Below, piece after piece: positions 1-11,402 of a stretch of 64,000 nucleotides of DNA (its first letter is position 1; each line of letters begins with the position of its first letter). The stretch lies in assembly GCA_002269645.1 (NCBI GenBank), contig NIVC01001076.1:65591-129590 (forward strand). The letters run 5' to 3'. The stretch is from Macrostomum lignano. Its lineage: Eukaryota. Made by a program: the position numbers and the translations under genes. A model generated the notes under the pieces. It was not told where the DNA came from and made no database searches. It worked only from the letters and a program-made list of their open reading frames with translations.

Positions 1-456
1 TCTGAAGACTCGTCGACACTTTGGTATGAAATCTCAGACGGCACAGGATCCGGTACGTCGACCTCCATCTGGGTCTCGAATCGGGTCTGAAAGTCGGAGT
101 TCTCCCTCATTTGGCGAGCCCAATACTCCATGCGTCGCTGCTGGTCGTCGCTCTTTTGGTACTCGACGCAGCTTCCCTGCGGCAACGACTGTTTGTAGAC
201 CCTGTCGATGGGGCTGAACTCGTTGATGGTACCGTCCTTGAGCCGGGGCACCCACCTCGGCACGCTTTCGCCATGGACTCGAGCTTGCTCAGCGACCCAG
301 TCCTTGGCTGCACTCGTCCGCATGTCAGGCGTCCCGTTCTTCTTGTAGTGCAGACCGTCGCCATAGTTACCTCCTGGTGAAGAGATCGGAGCTGGTCTCT
401 GTGAACCGTAGTTGCCTGCAGAAGCTTGGCTTGATCCAGTAGCTTGCTTGGACGAG
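1..456 (-). CDS. Coding exon of an unidentified protein, open off the left edge of the window
   Basis: Acceptor cttttcgccgctacag| at 457, then a stop-free frame of 151 codons to position 1: SSKQATGSSQASAGNYGSQRPAPISSPGGNYGDGLHYKKNGTPDMRTSAAKDWVAEQARVHGESVPRWVPRLKDGTINEFSPIDRVYKQSLPQGSCVEYQKSDDQQRRMEYWARQMRENSDFQTRFETQMEVDVPDPVPSEISYQSVDESS. GC3-rich codons. An in-frame TAA lies just upstream of the acceptor. Missing from the ORF track because there is no stop within the window. Confidence 0.62.
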
Positions 457-914
457 CTGTAGCGGCGAAAAGATTATTTGAACAACTCTGCAAAATGCGT
501 GTTAACGGACTAGTATTCATTTGACAGCTGGACACTGGCACAACCATTTAAATCTTGAAATTCTGAAAGAGATCCTTCAGGCCACAATCTTAAATTACCT
601 TATTCACCATTTTTAAATGATCACAGCACCTTACTTCTACTATGCTGGACTATAAGTTAATTATTTAGAAAGCTCATTAGTTAAAAGCGAAATTACTCAT
701 TAATTCTCTAGCACACCTCGCAAAAGATGTGGAAGCTTAACCTGGCAAAGTGCCTGGCCTGGAAAAGATTAGAGCTTAAGCCGCTCTTGACGCGTCAGTC
801 AATTTTTTCTTGTGTTTCAGTGCCTTGGCAAGAGCCAAATATAGATTATGATGAAAGTCACGCGTGCTGCATGAGGGAAGCGTTATTAAGGGACTTTTTT
901 CACCATTGCTTTTT

Positions 915-1093
915 AGCGCCCCTGAGCATCCAAAGTGGCGCTCCCAAGCACTTCAATGAGCGCCCCTAAGCATCCCACATTGGCGCCCCAAAGCACCCTA
1001 CATTGGCGCCCCAAAACGCCCCACGTTGGCGCCCCTAAGCACCCACATTGGTGCCCCAAAGAACCCCACGTTGGCACCCGTAAGCACCCACGT
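915..1093. repeat. ~21-bp degenerate minisatellite with TTGGCGCCCC core
   Basis: About 8 units such as cacattggcgccccaaagcac / cacgttggcgcccctaagcac. Confidence 0.8.
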
Positions 1094-2244
1094 TGTCTCT
1101 ACGGTAATGCCACGAAGTCAGCTGCCATTGAGCAGACTTTCCACAGTAATTTACTTTAAAAATACTGTGAGACCTATTGGCCTTGCATCCAGATTGAGCC
1201 GGGTCGAGGAGGGCAGGGAGGGTCAAAGAGGGAGTTTGGGGCGAGGCGTCCGCGAGGAACGAAAGGGGATTTTCAAGGAATTAGCATTCGAAATTGGCTC
1301 TCTGGAAAAAATGTTCCCCATTTCGAAGTTTGAGAGGCATTTCAGCGAGGAGAAGAAAAGCAGAAGAGAAGAGTCTTGCGATGCTTCATCTCTCCCCCAA
1401 GCCCCGAACAGAAGAAGCTGGAAGGACCGCGGGGAATTCACTTTTGAGTTTTCCACATTTTTGCCTTTTGATGCCATTCGATACAAGGCTGAGAAGGCGA
1501 ATCTCGGCAAGATTTGCTAATTACTTTGAGAGCTGAAGGCGAGCCTCCGCGGCCTGGGGGTTTCGGGAATAAGAAGACGGCGCTTCCCATAGGGAAAAGT
1601 TTAATTATTTCCCTGAGAAAAATAGCAGATTGCAATATACGAAAAGAAGCTTCAAAAAAAAGAAATTGAAAGGCCAAACAAAAATTACTTAATAGCAGGA
1701 TCAGAATACAAAAGTTTCCATATAGCTAAAACAGGCCCAAGGACCGCCAAAAATTCAAGTGACTTGGACTGGACTCCTGCAGTTGGCTTTGAATTTTTCG
1801 GACCAATGAGGGTTGACGGGGGCCACGCCAAAGAAGCGTGATGTTTTATTGCCGACTTGCTATATAGCTGGGCTCACACAGCGCGGAACGGCCCTTCCTC
1901 AGCTTGTAACAGAGTTTACGGTAGCTGGCTTAGCTAAACGACTTTGTCCTTATTCTATTAATCCGGGATCTCGTCGCTGTAACCGTAAGTCCGCTCTCTA
2001 AAGAATTGCATATAGCGTCTTGCACATGTAATGCTGTACTACTGGCTATTGAAATCTATACTGCTAACTTGTGCCGCACCCAGGGGCCGTGCGTGGACAG
2101 GCGTTCAATGCTTGATTAGTGAGGGTCAAGCTGATCAGTGATGCAGAGTCATTTTGAGTCTCTGGGCTATTGCATTTCTTGGTCTTTAGGTAGATTTTTT
2201 CGGTCATTGTGTGTCTTGGTCATTTAATTTTGAGTTTTATGACC

Positions 2245-3612
2245 ATCCAGCGTCTCGTTTATAGAGATTCTCGGTCATAGAATTAGGTCATAGAGATTCT
2301 CGGTCATAGATTTAGGTCATAGAGATTCTCGGTCATAGATTTAGGTCATAGAGATTCTCGGTCATAGAATTAGGTCATAGAGATTCTCGGTCATAGATTT
2401 CGTTATAGAGATTCTCGATCCTAAAGATTCTCGGTCATAGAGTTTCTCGGTCAGAGCTAATCGGATAAAGAAATTTCCAGTCATAGATTCTCGTTCATAA
2501 ATTTCAGTCATAGAGACTCTCGGTCATAGAGATTCTCAGTCATAGAGCTTCTTGGTTATAGAGATTCTCAGTTATAGAGATTTTCAGTCATAGAGAATCT
2601 CTGTCATAGAGCTTCTCGGTCATAATGATTCTCGATCTTGAGGATTCTCGGTCATAGAGACTCTCAGTCAGAGCTTCTCAGCCACTGAGTTCCCCGGTCA
2701 TACAGCTTCGCAGCCACTGAGTAGTTCCTCGGTCATACAGCTTCTCAGCCACTGAGTTCCCCGGTCATACAGCTTCTCAGCCACTGAGTTCCCCGGTCAT
2801 ACAGCTTCGCAGCCACTGAGTAGTTCCTCGGTCATACAGCTTCTCAGCCACTGAGTTCCCCGGTCATACAGCTTCTCAGCCACTGAGTTCCCCGGTCATA
2901 CAGCTTCTCAGCCACTGAGTTCCCCGGTCATACAGCTTCTCAGCCACTGAGTTCCTCGGTCATACAGCTTCTCAGCCACTGAGTTCCCCGGTCATACAGC
3001 TTCGCAGCCACTGAGTTCCCCGGTCATACAGCTTCGCAGCCACTGAGTTCCCCGGTCATACAGCTTCGCAGCCACTGAGTAGTTCCTCGGTCATACAGCT
3101 TCTCTGCCACTGAGTTCCCCGGTCATACAGCTTCTCTACCACTGAGTTCCCCGGTCATACAGCTTCTCAGCCACTGAGTTCCCCGGTCATACAGCTTCGC
3201 AGCCACTGAGTAGTTCCCCGGTCATACAGCTTCTCAGCCACTGAGTTCCCCGGTCATACAGCTTCGCAGCCACTGAGTTCCCCGGTCATCAGCTTCGCAG
3301 CCACTGAGTTCCCCGGTCATACAGCTTCGCAGCCACTGAGTAGTTCCTCGGTCATACAGCTTCTCTGCCACTGAGTTCCCCGGTCATACAGCTTCTCTAC
3401 CACTGAGTTCCCCGGTCATACAGCTTCTCAGCCACTGAGTTCCCCGGTCATACAGCTTCGCAGCCACTGAGTAGTTCCCCGGTCATACAGCTTCTCAGCC
3501 ACTGAGTTCCCCGGTCATACAGCTTCGCAGCCACTGAGTTCCCCGGTCATCAGCTTCGCAGCCACTGAGTTCCCCGGTCATACAGCTTCGCAGCCACTGA
3601 GTTCCCCGGTCA
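2245..3612. repeat. Compound minisatellite: 16-bp GGTCATAGAGATTCTC grading into 32-bp CCGGTCATACAGCTTCTCAGCCACTGAGTTCC
   Basis: Degenerate 16-mers at 2245-2690, then ~29 near-identical 32-bp units, some with a +3 tag insertion. Confidence 0.95.
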
Positions 3613-4429
3613 TTGAAATAGAGCTTCTCAGTCATAGAGTTCCCAGTCATAAGGGATCGTGGAATATTGAATGTTAAACCAGAAGCCAAGCAAACTTATA
3701 GAAAGCTCAATTTCAAATACCAAACGATCAATTGGTTAGCAAAGTGTACATAGAGAAAATATTGATTAACCTCAAACAAAAGAAAGATAAAATCCAGTAT
3801 TGTAAATCTGTTTACTAAATAAATCTATAGATAAATATTCCTTCAGTCAAAAGTTGGGGGGTGAGACGCGCAAGGTACGCTAGCTCTAGTCAAATATTTG
3901 TCCGCTAAAGATCCATGAAGCCAGGAAATCGCCTCAGTAGGAAAGACAGCACCCTCTCAGGGCTGTGGTGGAGGAGCACAATAGCAAAATGTAAAAAAAG
4001 CAGTGATCAATGAGCAGTGCCTCACTTCAAGCAACTCCGCTTTTAGAAGAAGCATTCTTTAGCCTGTGCTAAAAGCAGCAGCAAAACAACGAATGCGTAG
4101 AAGCGCCTGATGGTAAAAAATCTCTTTAGCTGGCTAGCTAGCTGGATGCCTGCTGTGCAAAGCTGAGATCCCCAGATAGTGCGAGAGGAGATCCCAGAGT
4201 TTTAGAAGTGACAAGTCCCTCCCCCCCCAATACTGTTGGAAAAGTTAGCCAGGAAAATTGTGGGCCAAATATCTTTGCACACCTGGCAACACGATTGGAC
4301 TAGCTGCATGGGGCGACAGACTTTGCTCCTGCTGGTAGCTCACACCTCTGGATTATGGCCTGGGTTCCTGTCTTCACCCAAGCACCGATTCGCAAAAAAG
4401 TTTTGAAGGCAATTGTTATTAACTTAAAC

Positions 4430-4695
4430 GCTACCTTCGTCATAGAGGCTAGTCCTACACTGGTCATAAAGAGTAGTCCTGCACTGGTCATGGAGAGTAG
4501 TCCTACACTGGTCATGGAGAGTAGTCCTGCACTGGTCATGGAGAGTAGTCGTCCTACACTGGTCATGGAGAGTAGTCCTTCAATGGTCATAGAGAGTATA
4601 GTCCCTGCAATGATCATAGAAGTTAGTCCTTCACTGATCATAGAGAGTAGTCCTACAATGATCATAGAAGCGAGTCCTACACTGGTCATAAAGGT
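4430..4695. repeat. 24-bp minisatellite GGTCATGGAGAGTAGTCCTACACT
   Basis: About 11 units; explains ORFs 4300-4689 and 4355-4723. Confidence 0.9.
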
Positions 4696-5119
4696 TATTA
4701 ATAAGACAAATATACAGCTTTAGACTGTCCATAAATATACGCTCGTAGTACTCATCATATAATCTATTAAAAACATATGTGAGAATGCTTCAAAAGCAGT
4801 CTACCTACCCTTTTGCTTACAATTAAATGAAAGAAACCACTTCAAAAATACTAGAATTTGAAGTAGCGATTCTCCCCTGCCTTCATATCGATCTTTGATG
4901 CGCTTAGACTCTTAAAATGAGTTGATCACGTGATCTAGTCCTTTGTGGTCGGACAGTTTCGGTGGAGAACCGTTTAAAAACTTTCGAAAGACATTTTATT
5001 GGTCAGATCATAAGGAGTTTTGGCTAAGTTTTACGGCAGTGCCACAGTATTTATTATAGTTTGGCTAGTCCAAAAGTATAAGTATTACACACCTGCTTAC
5101 ATCTTCTTATTGGGTTTCC

Positions 5120-5450
5120 CGGTCACTAGATTCCCCGTCATTGAATTCCCCAGTCATTGGATTCCCCAGTCATTGGATTCACCAGTCATTAGATTCCCAG
5201 TCATTGGATTCCCCAGTCATTGGATTCCCAGTCATCGGATTCCCCAGTCATCGGATTCCCCAGTCATCGGATTCCCCAGTCATTGGGTTCCCCGGTCGTT
5301 GGGTTCCCCGGTTCCTTAGTCGTTGGGTGGTTCCCTGTGGTCATAGATTCCTGATCATGGAATTCCTGCTCATAGAAAATGTCTTTTCTCTTTCAGTTAA
5401 CCCGAAGTTCATTTGTGGGTTTCTGTTTCTGATCATAGAGATTCTGTTCA
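5120..5450. repeat. 16-bp minisatellite CCCCAGTCATTGGATT
   Basis: Repeated ccccagtcat(t/c)ggatt units, degenerating at both ends towards ggtcatagag-like units. Confidence 0.9.
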
Positions 5451-5940
5451 CGTAGGTCGCCAAGCTCAAGTCCCTGGATAGTGGAACTGGAATGTCGCAG
5501 AGAGGACACACGAGCACACCAAGTATCTCTGCTGGCGTTCACGCAAATCCAGTTGAAAACTTTTTTAATCAAATGAGATAAAGATTGGGTTCAACCTGAT
5601 GATAGGGCAGGGGGAATGAGATTAGCAGCCGTCAGCGATCCCCAAATCAGAACTCAACTCAAACTCGCATAGCTAGAGACCACGACCGGGGCACAGACAG
5701 GTCGCATCCTGCGTTGAGAGGGGACAGAGCGATCCAAATTAATTAACCAAAACTGAATGGTCAGAGGGGTGGAGGCTGAGGCTGGCGGACTCTGCAATGA
5801 GATCTATGAACTGTGGAGAGTTCTGCAGAGACAGATAAACGAATATTAAACAACAGGGTATCAAAGTTCTAGCACTGAAGACTCATTCTGAACTTGAATC
5901 AATTTCAAACAACTAAAAGAAGCGCGAAGGTTGAGGTTAA

Positions 5941-6282
5941 GATATGGTAGAGGTGTGCTGAGATAGATATGGGGTAGAGGTGTGCTGAGATAGATATGGG
6001 GTAGAGGTGTACTGAGCTAGATATGGGGTAGAGGTGTGCTGAGATAGATATGGGGTAGAGGTGTGCTGAGATAGATATGGGGTAGAGGTGTGCTGAGATA
6101 GATATGGGGTAGAGTTGTGCTGGGATAGATATGGGGTAGAGGTGTGCTGAGATAGATATGGGGTAGAGGTGTGCTGAGATAGATATGGGGTAGAGGTGTG
6201 CTGAGATAGATATGGGGTAGAGATGTGCTAGCTAGATATGGGGTAGAGGTGTGCTGAGATAGATATGGGGTAGAGCTGTGCT
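5941..6282 (+). repeat. 27-bp minisatellite GATATGGGGTAGAGGTGTGCTGAGATA (left arm of an inverted pair)
   Basis: About 12 units; reverse complement of the array at 7146-7668. Confidence 0.95.
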
Positions 6283-7145
6283 GATCGAGACAGATGTATA
6301 GACGGGCAGAGGTGTGACACGAAATTCCGAGAGATGAGTGAGTCAACTGCTCCAGATTCCAGACAGCCGTCTCAGATGCCCCATGCGGCCTCATCGCAGA
6401 GTCCGGCTTGAGTTTCCCTATGTGTGTGCACAAGATATCATCAATACGTGACGAACGAATAGCCTAACTTTCCTGATATCAGTTTGCAAGCTGGAGTGGA
6501 AAATGTGGTGAGGGGGATTTGGCTGGCAAACACTTTATGGCTTTGGTCGAAATTGCCTCGGACTGCTTGCAGCTTAAAGAGAGAGAGGCGGAGGGATGCG
6601 CTAGCCAGAGTGCAAAGGGGAAGAGAGTGGAAGAATGGGGAGTTGGCGTGTCAAAAAGTTCAAAAATCTGTCTGTCTATCGATGAATTCTGAACTGGAAA
6701 GTCCTTCTGCAATTTTACTCGTAAAAACAAAAGTAGATTTTATAAGATCTTAAATCGGTCTTCAAAACATTAGGTTATAAAGTTGTTTAAATAAAAAACA
6801 AATCAAGATAGCCTAGCCTACGTTCTTGACCAGATATCATGGTAAAAAATTCTTCCATATTCCGGCGATAGTTTTCGGTTTCCACTTTCAGCCAGAACGT
6901 CTTTGCAATGCGCAGTCAGCTACTGTTCAATGTTTTTACACGTGCTGCCCTGATGGATGCAGAGGTGGGAGTGAGCCCAGAATCCGCGCTTCATTCGGCA
7001 GTGACTGACAGCCGCTGTAGTTCGGGAAAGGCAGAGGGGTGCAGGAATCTTTGGGATTCCCGTCAAGCAGTTTTTTACACTCACTTTGCCTCCATCTGCA
7101 TTTTTTTGCAGAGAAATTTGGTAAAAATACTGCGCTATTGAAAAT

Positions 7146-7668
7146 CCTCTACCCCATATCTATCTCAGCACACCTCTACCACATATTTATCTCAGCACAC
7201 CTCTACCCCATATCTACCTCAGCACACCTCTACCCCATATCTAGCTCAGCACACCTCTACCCCATATCTATCTCAGCACACCTCTACCCCATATCTATCC
7301 CAGCACAACTCTACCCCATATCTATCTCAGCACACCTCTACCCCATATCTATCTCAGCACACCTCTACCCCATATCTATCTCAGCACACCTCTACCCCAT
7401 ATCTAGCTCAGTACACCTCTACCCCATATCTATCTCAGCACACCTCTACCCCATATCTATCTCAGCACACCTCTACCCCATATCTACCTCAGCACACCTC
7501 TACCCCATATCTATCTCAGCACACCTCTACCCCATATCCATCTCAGCACACCTCTACCCCATATCTATCCCAGCACAGCTCTACCCCATATCTATTTCAG
7601 TACAACTCTACCCCATATCTATCTCAGCAAACCTCTACCACATATTTATCTCAGCACACCTCTACACC
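7146..7668 (-). repeat. 27-bp minisatellite CTCAGCACACCTCTACCCCATATCTAT (right arm of an inverted pair)
   Basis: About 19 units; same unit as 5941-6282 in the opposite orientation. Confidence 0.95.
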
Positions 7669-9293
7669 ATAGACTAAGAGCTTGGCAAGTTTCTAGTTCG
7701 CAGCACTGCATTGGATCAGGAAACAGGCCATAATTTCTCACGGACAGCAGTTAATTAGCAAAGTACAGAAAAGCAGGTGTCAGTGCGGCATCAGCGCCAA
7801 TATATCTCCATGAATCTCCATAAGTTGACAGTCGGACCTGACAATGAGGATATTTCATCTTACTCAGCAGACTCAAAGCCCTATTAGCCAATAATTGCCA
7901 CCCCAAGGGAATCCCGTCAGCAGAAAACACAGCCTTCCTAAGACAGATAGCACGAGTCCCACTAACGGAGAGGAAATATAAATGCAATATTCAGTCGGAG
8001 TGAAGTGGCGAAGTAAATGAGCAGAGAATCGAGACGTGACAGCAACGCTTCTTGAGAGGTTTGGAGCAGCCGCATGGGCCTGCTTAGGCAAACACAAGAG
8101 AGCAGCCAAAGTAGCTTATTTGCTGAACAAGAAGGCCTTTAGATATGAATAAGAATACTTTAAAGTGTTCTTTTTGCATTGGGAATAGCAACTGACTTAT
8201 CTGGCTGACAATTACGGCTGGGCAGATGGGGGCGATTGACTGATAACTAATCGTTATGTTTGTCATAGTACGAGCGAATGTTATCGATTGAGATAATTTG
8301 CAGACAGACGGTTTAAGTCGAGCATTAAGTTTAGTCAAGTAGGAGACTAAAAGTTACCTGCAGCGATGCATTTGGCTCGTAGGAGCTACAAAAGGGGGGT
8401 TGAACCGTTGGCAAAGACTGCTGTTTTCAAGCCGTTTGTGCATCTGCAAAGGTTTCCAGCCCATAGGAGCAGCAATCTTCCAAGCAAGCTTCATCGGGTC
8501 TGCAAAGCGACCGAATGATAGCCTGCGTATCGGATTCTAACCATTAATTAGGCATGAATGCCAGCCGGGAGCATCACTGGTATCTAAGATTGCAGGATGC
8601 GCTTGGCACAGCGGACCCCAACCCTGCGAGTTACATGTGGATGCATTTTGTCGGGGAGATGCAAATATATCCCGCTGTTACTTTCGGTAACTATGCCGCA
8701 CCGTGAACTTTATTCAGGTCTTGTATAGTTTTGTGGTGACGCAAACTGAAAGCTTTGGTAATCGAGAAAAGTTCTTCAAAAAAATCTGACCCTGGACAAC
8801 TGAAGTAGACGCACGCTACGCTTGATTTTCATAGAAGTTCTCTAGAACGACCTGATTTTTCTAGCGCAGAATTTCTTGATGGCGAAACCGCATTCAGCGC
8901 TTACATGCCTTCTCTCTAGAGCAGACTAAATGCACCAGCGATACTACAGATATTACCGGCCTCCATCTCGTTTCTAAGAAACCTGAGTGTAGCGTCCTTG
9001 TACTCCTGTCCTGTATGGGGCGTCAAATGTAGGGCGAGTGGTTTTCAACAAGAACATCCTTGAAGATCCAGTAACAACAGTAGCTATGGGTGAAATGTGG
9101 GGCCAGCCGGTAGCTATTGAGACACGTAAAGCAGTTTCAAAGAATAAAATTGCCGCTACATTTCATTTTGCTTAGTATATTTAATACTGTTAGTAGTAAA
9201 AACAAAAATAATAAAACCGGACGCCGTTAAACAACTTTGCAGGCCGCACATCAGCATCTGCTAAATTAGACTTGAAGAAGTGCCCAACACGAC

Positions 9294-10475
9294 ATGAACT
9301 GTACAGTTAAGGAGACCGACCCTCTGGAAGTGGCTCTGCTGGTTGTCACTCCGGTGCTGGTGGTACTGGGCGTGGCCGCTAACTCCATCAATATAGTCGT
9401 GCTCACCAGGAAGTGGATGGCTTCATCAACTAACAACTATCTGACAGCTCTGGCCGTGACGGATCTGACTTACCTGTCAGTGTTCTACATCATCACCGTG
9501 AAGTTCTATCCAGGCGTGCTCTACAATCAGTGGTTCGCTCACATCTTGAGCTACTTGTTTCCACTGGCCAACCTGCTTAGCAACTACGCCACCTGGCTTA
9601 CCTGCCTGTTCACATTCGAACGCTGGCTGGTGATCTACAAGCCAATGCTGGGCAGAAAGTATTGCACTCGGCGCCGAGCCAAGCACCTGATGCTTGGCCT
9701 GTTTCTGGCTACCAGCCTGTTCACGTCGCCGAACTTTTTCGAGTATCGCGCAGTGCCTAAGGAGCTGCGCTGCGGCAACGCCACGCAGACTGTCTATGGC
9801 CTGGGCCCGACGGACGCGTACAGTGTGATCAAGCGTCTCGGCTATTACCACGTCTTTGTGAGCATCTTCGTGTTCGGCCCGCTCCTATTTCTGGTGGTGT
9901 TCAATGGACTGCTAATACGCAGCGTTGTTGTAGCCCGACGCAAGCGAGCCGCTCTAGGCAGTAGCGAGGGGGCCACCTGCTCGAACAGCCTGTCTAACAA
10001 GCGGTCGGCTGCCGAGCAGCAGAAGGTGACAACTATGCTTATTGCCGTGGTTCTGGTCTTCTGTCTGTGCCAGCTGCCGTCCGCCATCATGACGCTCAAG
10101 AAGGCAATGCAACGATCCGACGACCGTAAGAAAAGCCGCGGTACCGCGGAGAGAGTCGCCAACGCGCTCGTCAACATCCTTCTGCTGGCCAATGCCGCTT
10201 GTAACTTTGTTCTGTACTCGTGCTTCTCAACGAGGTTTCGCAACACTTTCCGACAGGTGTTTCTGGGATGCAGGAACTCGGGACCCGGTGGCCGCAGCGG
10301 CGGAGGCGGAGGCGGTGCTGGTGTCACTGGCGGTGCCAGGGACGTCGCAGACGCGGAAGAGCTTCAGCAGTTGAGGTCGGCGGCGCCAACTGGAAAGGGC
10401 AATGATGGTCGTGAGTTCGATTCCTATCGACACGGACGACAACAAGCAAAGGAATTGTCGGCTGCATTCGACTAA
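9294..10475 (+). CDS. Intronless rhodopsin-class neuropeptide GPCR, FMRFamide/sex-peptide-receptor-like (393 aa)
   Basis: Seven hydrophobic segments; N-terminal NCT sequon; GVAANSIN (TM1), YLTALAVTD (TM2), FTFERWLVIYKP (DRY-equivalent ERW), SPNFFEY, VTTMLIAVVLVFCLCQLP (TM6), NAACNFVLYSCFSTRFR (TM7/H8). These motif variants are typical of invertebrate FMRFaR/Srw-type receptors. Acceptor-like ctttgcag at 9235-9242 upstream of the ATG. Confidence 0.93.
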   Translation: MNCTVKETDPLEVALLVVTPVLVVLGVAANSINIVVLTRKWMASSTNNYLTALAVTDLTYLSVFYIITVKFYPGVLYNQWFAHILSYLFPLANLLSNYATWLTCLFTFERWLVIYKPMLGRKYCTRRRAKHLMLGLFLATSLFTSPNFFEYRAVPKELRCGNATQTVYGLGPTDAYSVIKRLGYYHVFVSIFVFGPLLFLVVFNGLLIRSVVVARRKRAALGSSEGATCSNSLSNKRSAAEQQKVTTMLIAVVLVFCLCQLPSAIMTLKKAMQRSDDRKKSRGTAERVANALVNILLLANAACNFVLYSCFSTRFRNTFRQVFLGCRNSGPGGRSGGGGGGAGVTGGARDVADAEELQQLRSAAPTGKGNDGREFDSYRHGRQQAKELSAAFD

Positions 10476-10862
10476 AGTAAATATTCAAGCGCACAGTCGC
10501 CACCTGCTGATAGAGCTCTTCTGAGAAAATTCATACTGTCTTCACCCGATCCCAGCTGGACATTTCCATGACTGCATGCACGATTTCCACATTATCAAAA
10601 CTTTTTGTTCTTCTTCATTTTCAAAAAGTTTTGCTGTAAATACGGTAGATATCCGAAAAAAATCAATTAGCTCATCTTCAATAGGTCAGTTAATTACCGC
10701 TCTGCTATTTACTTGCACTACTGGCGTACTGTAGTTCGCTGTTACACAAATTTACATTTGTAGTTAGCCTGCTAGTCTATGCGGTACTGAAACGACCCTC
10801 TCTGATAATGTCTATGGCTAAAAGATCACATATTTATTAGTACGAGGCCAGTGGGCACGAAA

Positions 10863-11402
10863 CCCGCATAGCAAAATTACGTATCCAATAGAAAGTGGGA
10901 CGTCTCGATTGTCGGCTGATTTTCCATGCAAGAATGGCATTCTTGCACTCTTTTGCGTGCAGGAATGGATGTCTATGGTAAAATCTCACTGAAAAAGCAT
11001 TAGGCGCAGAAATGCATTCCTGCACGGTTTTGTGCATTCCTGCACGATGAATCATCCGACAATGGAATTCCTTCACGTTCACTCGTGCGTGAAGGACATC
11101 GTGCACTCGTGACCGTGCAGGAATATATCAATACGTAACTTTTTTGGTTGCAGGAACGTCCTTGATACGCATCCAATTTTTATGATCCTCTAAAGAAGCT
11201 CGTTTCTACAAAAATGGCGGAATAAATAATCAATAAAATTACAAACATTATCTGTTCACCATTTTTGTAGAAACGAGCTTCTTTAGAGGATCATTAGAGG
11301 ATCATAAAAATTGGATACGTATCAAGAACGTTCCTGCAACCAAAAAAGTTACGTATCGGAGACGTCCCACTTTCTATTGGATACGTAATTTTGCTATCCG
11401 GG
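10863..11402. mobile_element. Non-autonomous DNA transposon (MITE), CMC/CACTA-like, with long TIRs and AAA target-site duplication
   Basis: Starts CCCGCATAGCAAAATTACGTATCCAATAGAAAGTGGGACGTCTC and ends GAGACGTCCCACTTTCTATTGGATACGTAATTTTGCTATCCGGG, with AAA on both flanks. A second ~90-bp inverted segment pairs 11131-11218 with 11259-11357. CCC termini plus a 2-3 bp TSD fit the CMC superfamily (established knowledge). Confidence 0.8.

Noticed and set aside
107-547. 146-aa minus-strand ORF from the track (and 34-255, 26-217, 111-380)
   Set aside because: These are alternative frames overlapping the better, open-ended frame at 1-456, which has coding-like GC3 and a splice acceptor.
4300-7677. 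Repeat-protein-like ORFs (LVMESSPT, SPVIGFP, STPLPHIYL, SAHLYPISI)
   Set aside because: They arise because repeat units of 24, 16x3 and 27 bp lack stops; there is no unique domain or splice context.
7740-8700. Moderately GC-rich segment with a possible minus-strand exon (~8357-8523)
   Set aside because: One open frame between plausible splice sites, but no recognisable homology or partner exons.
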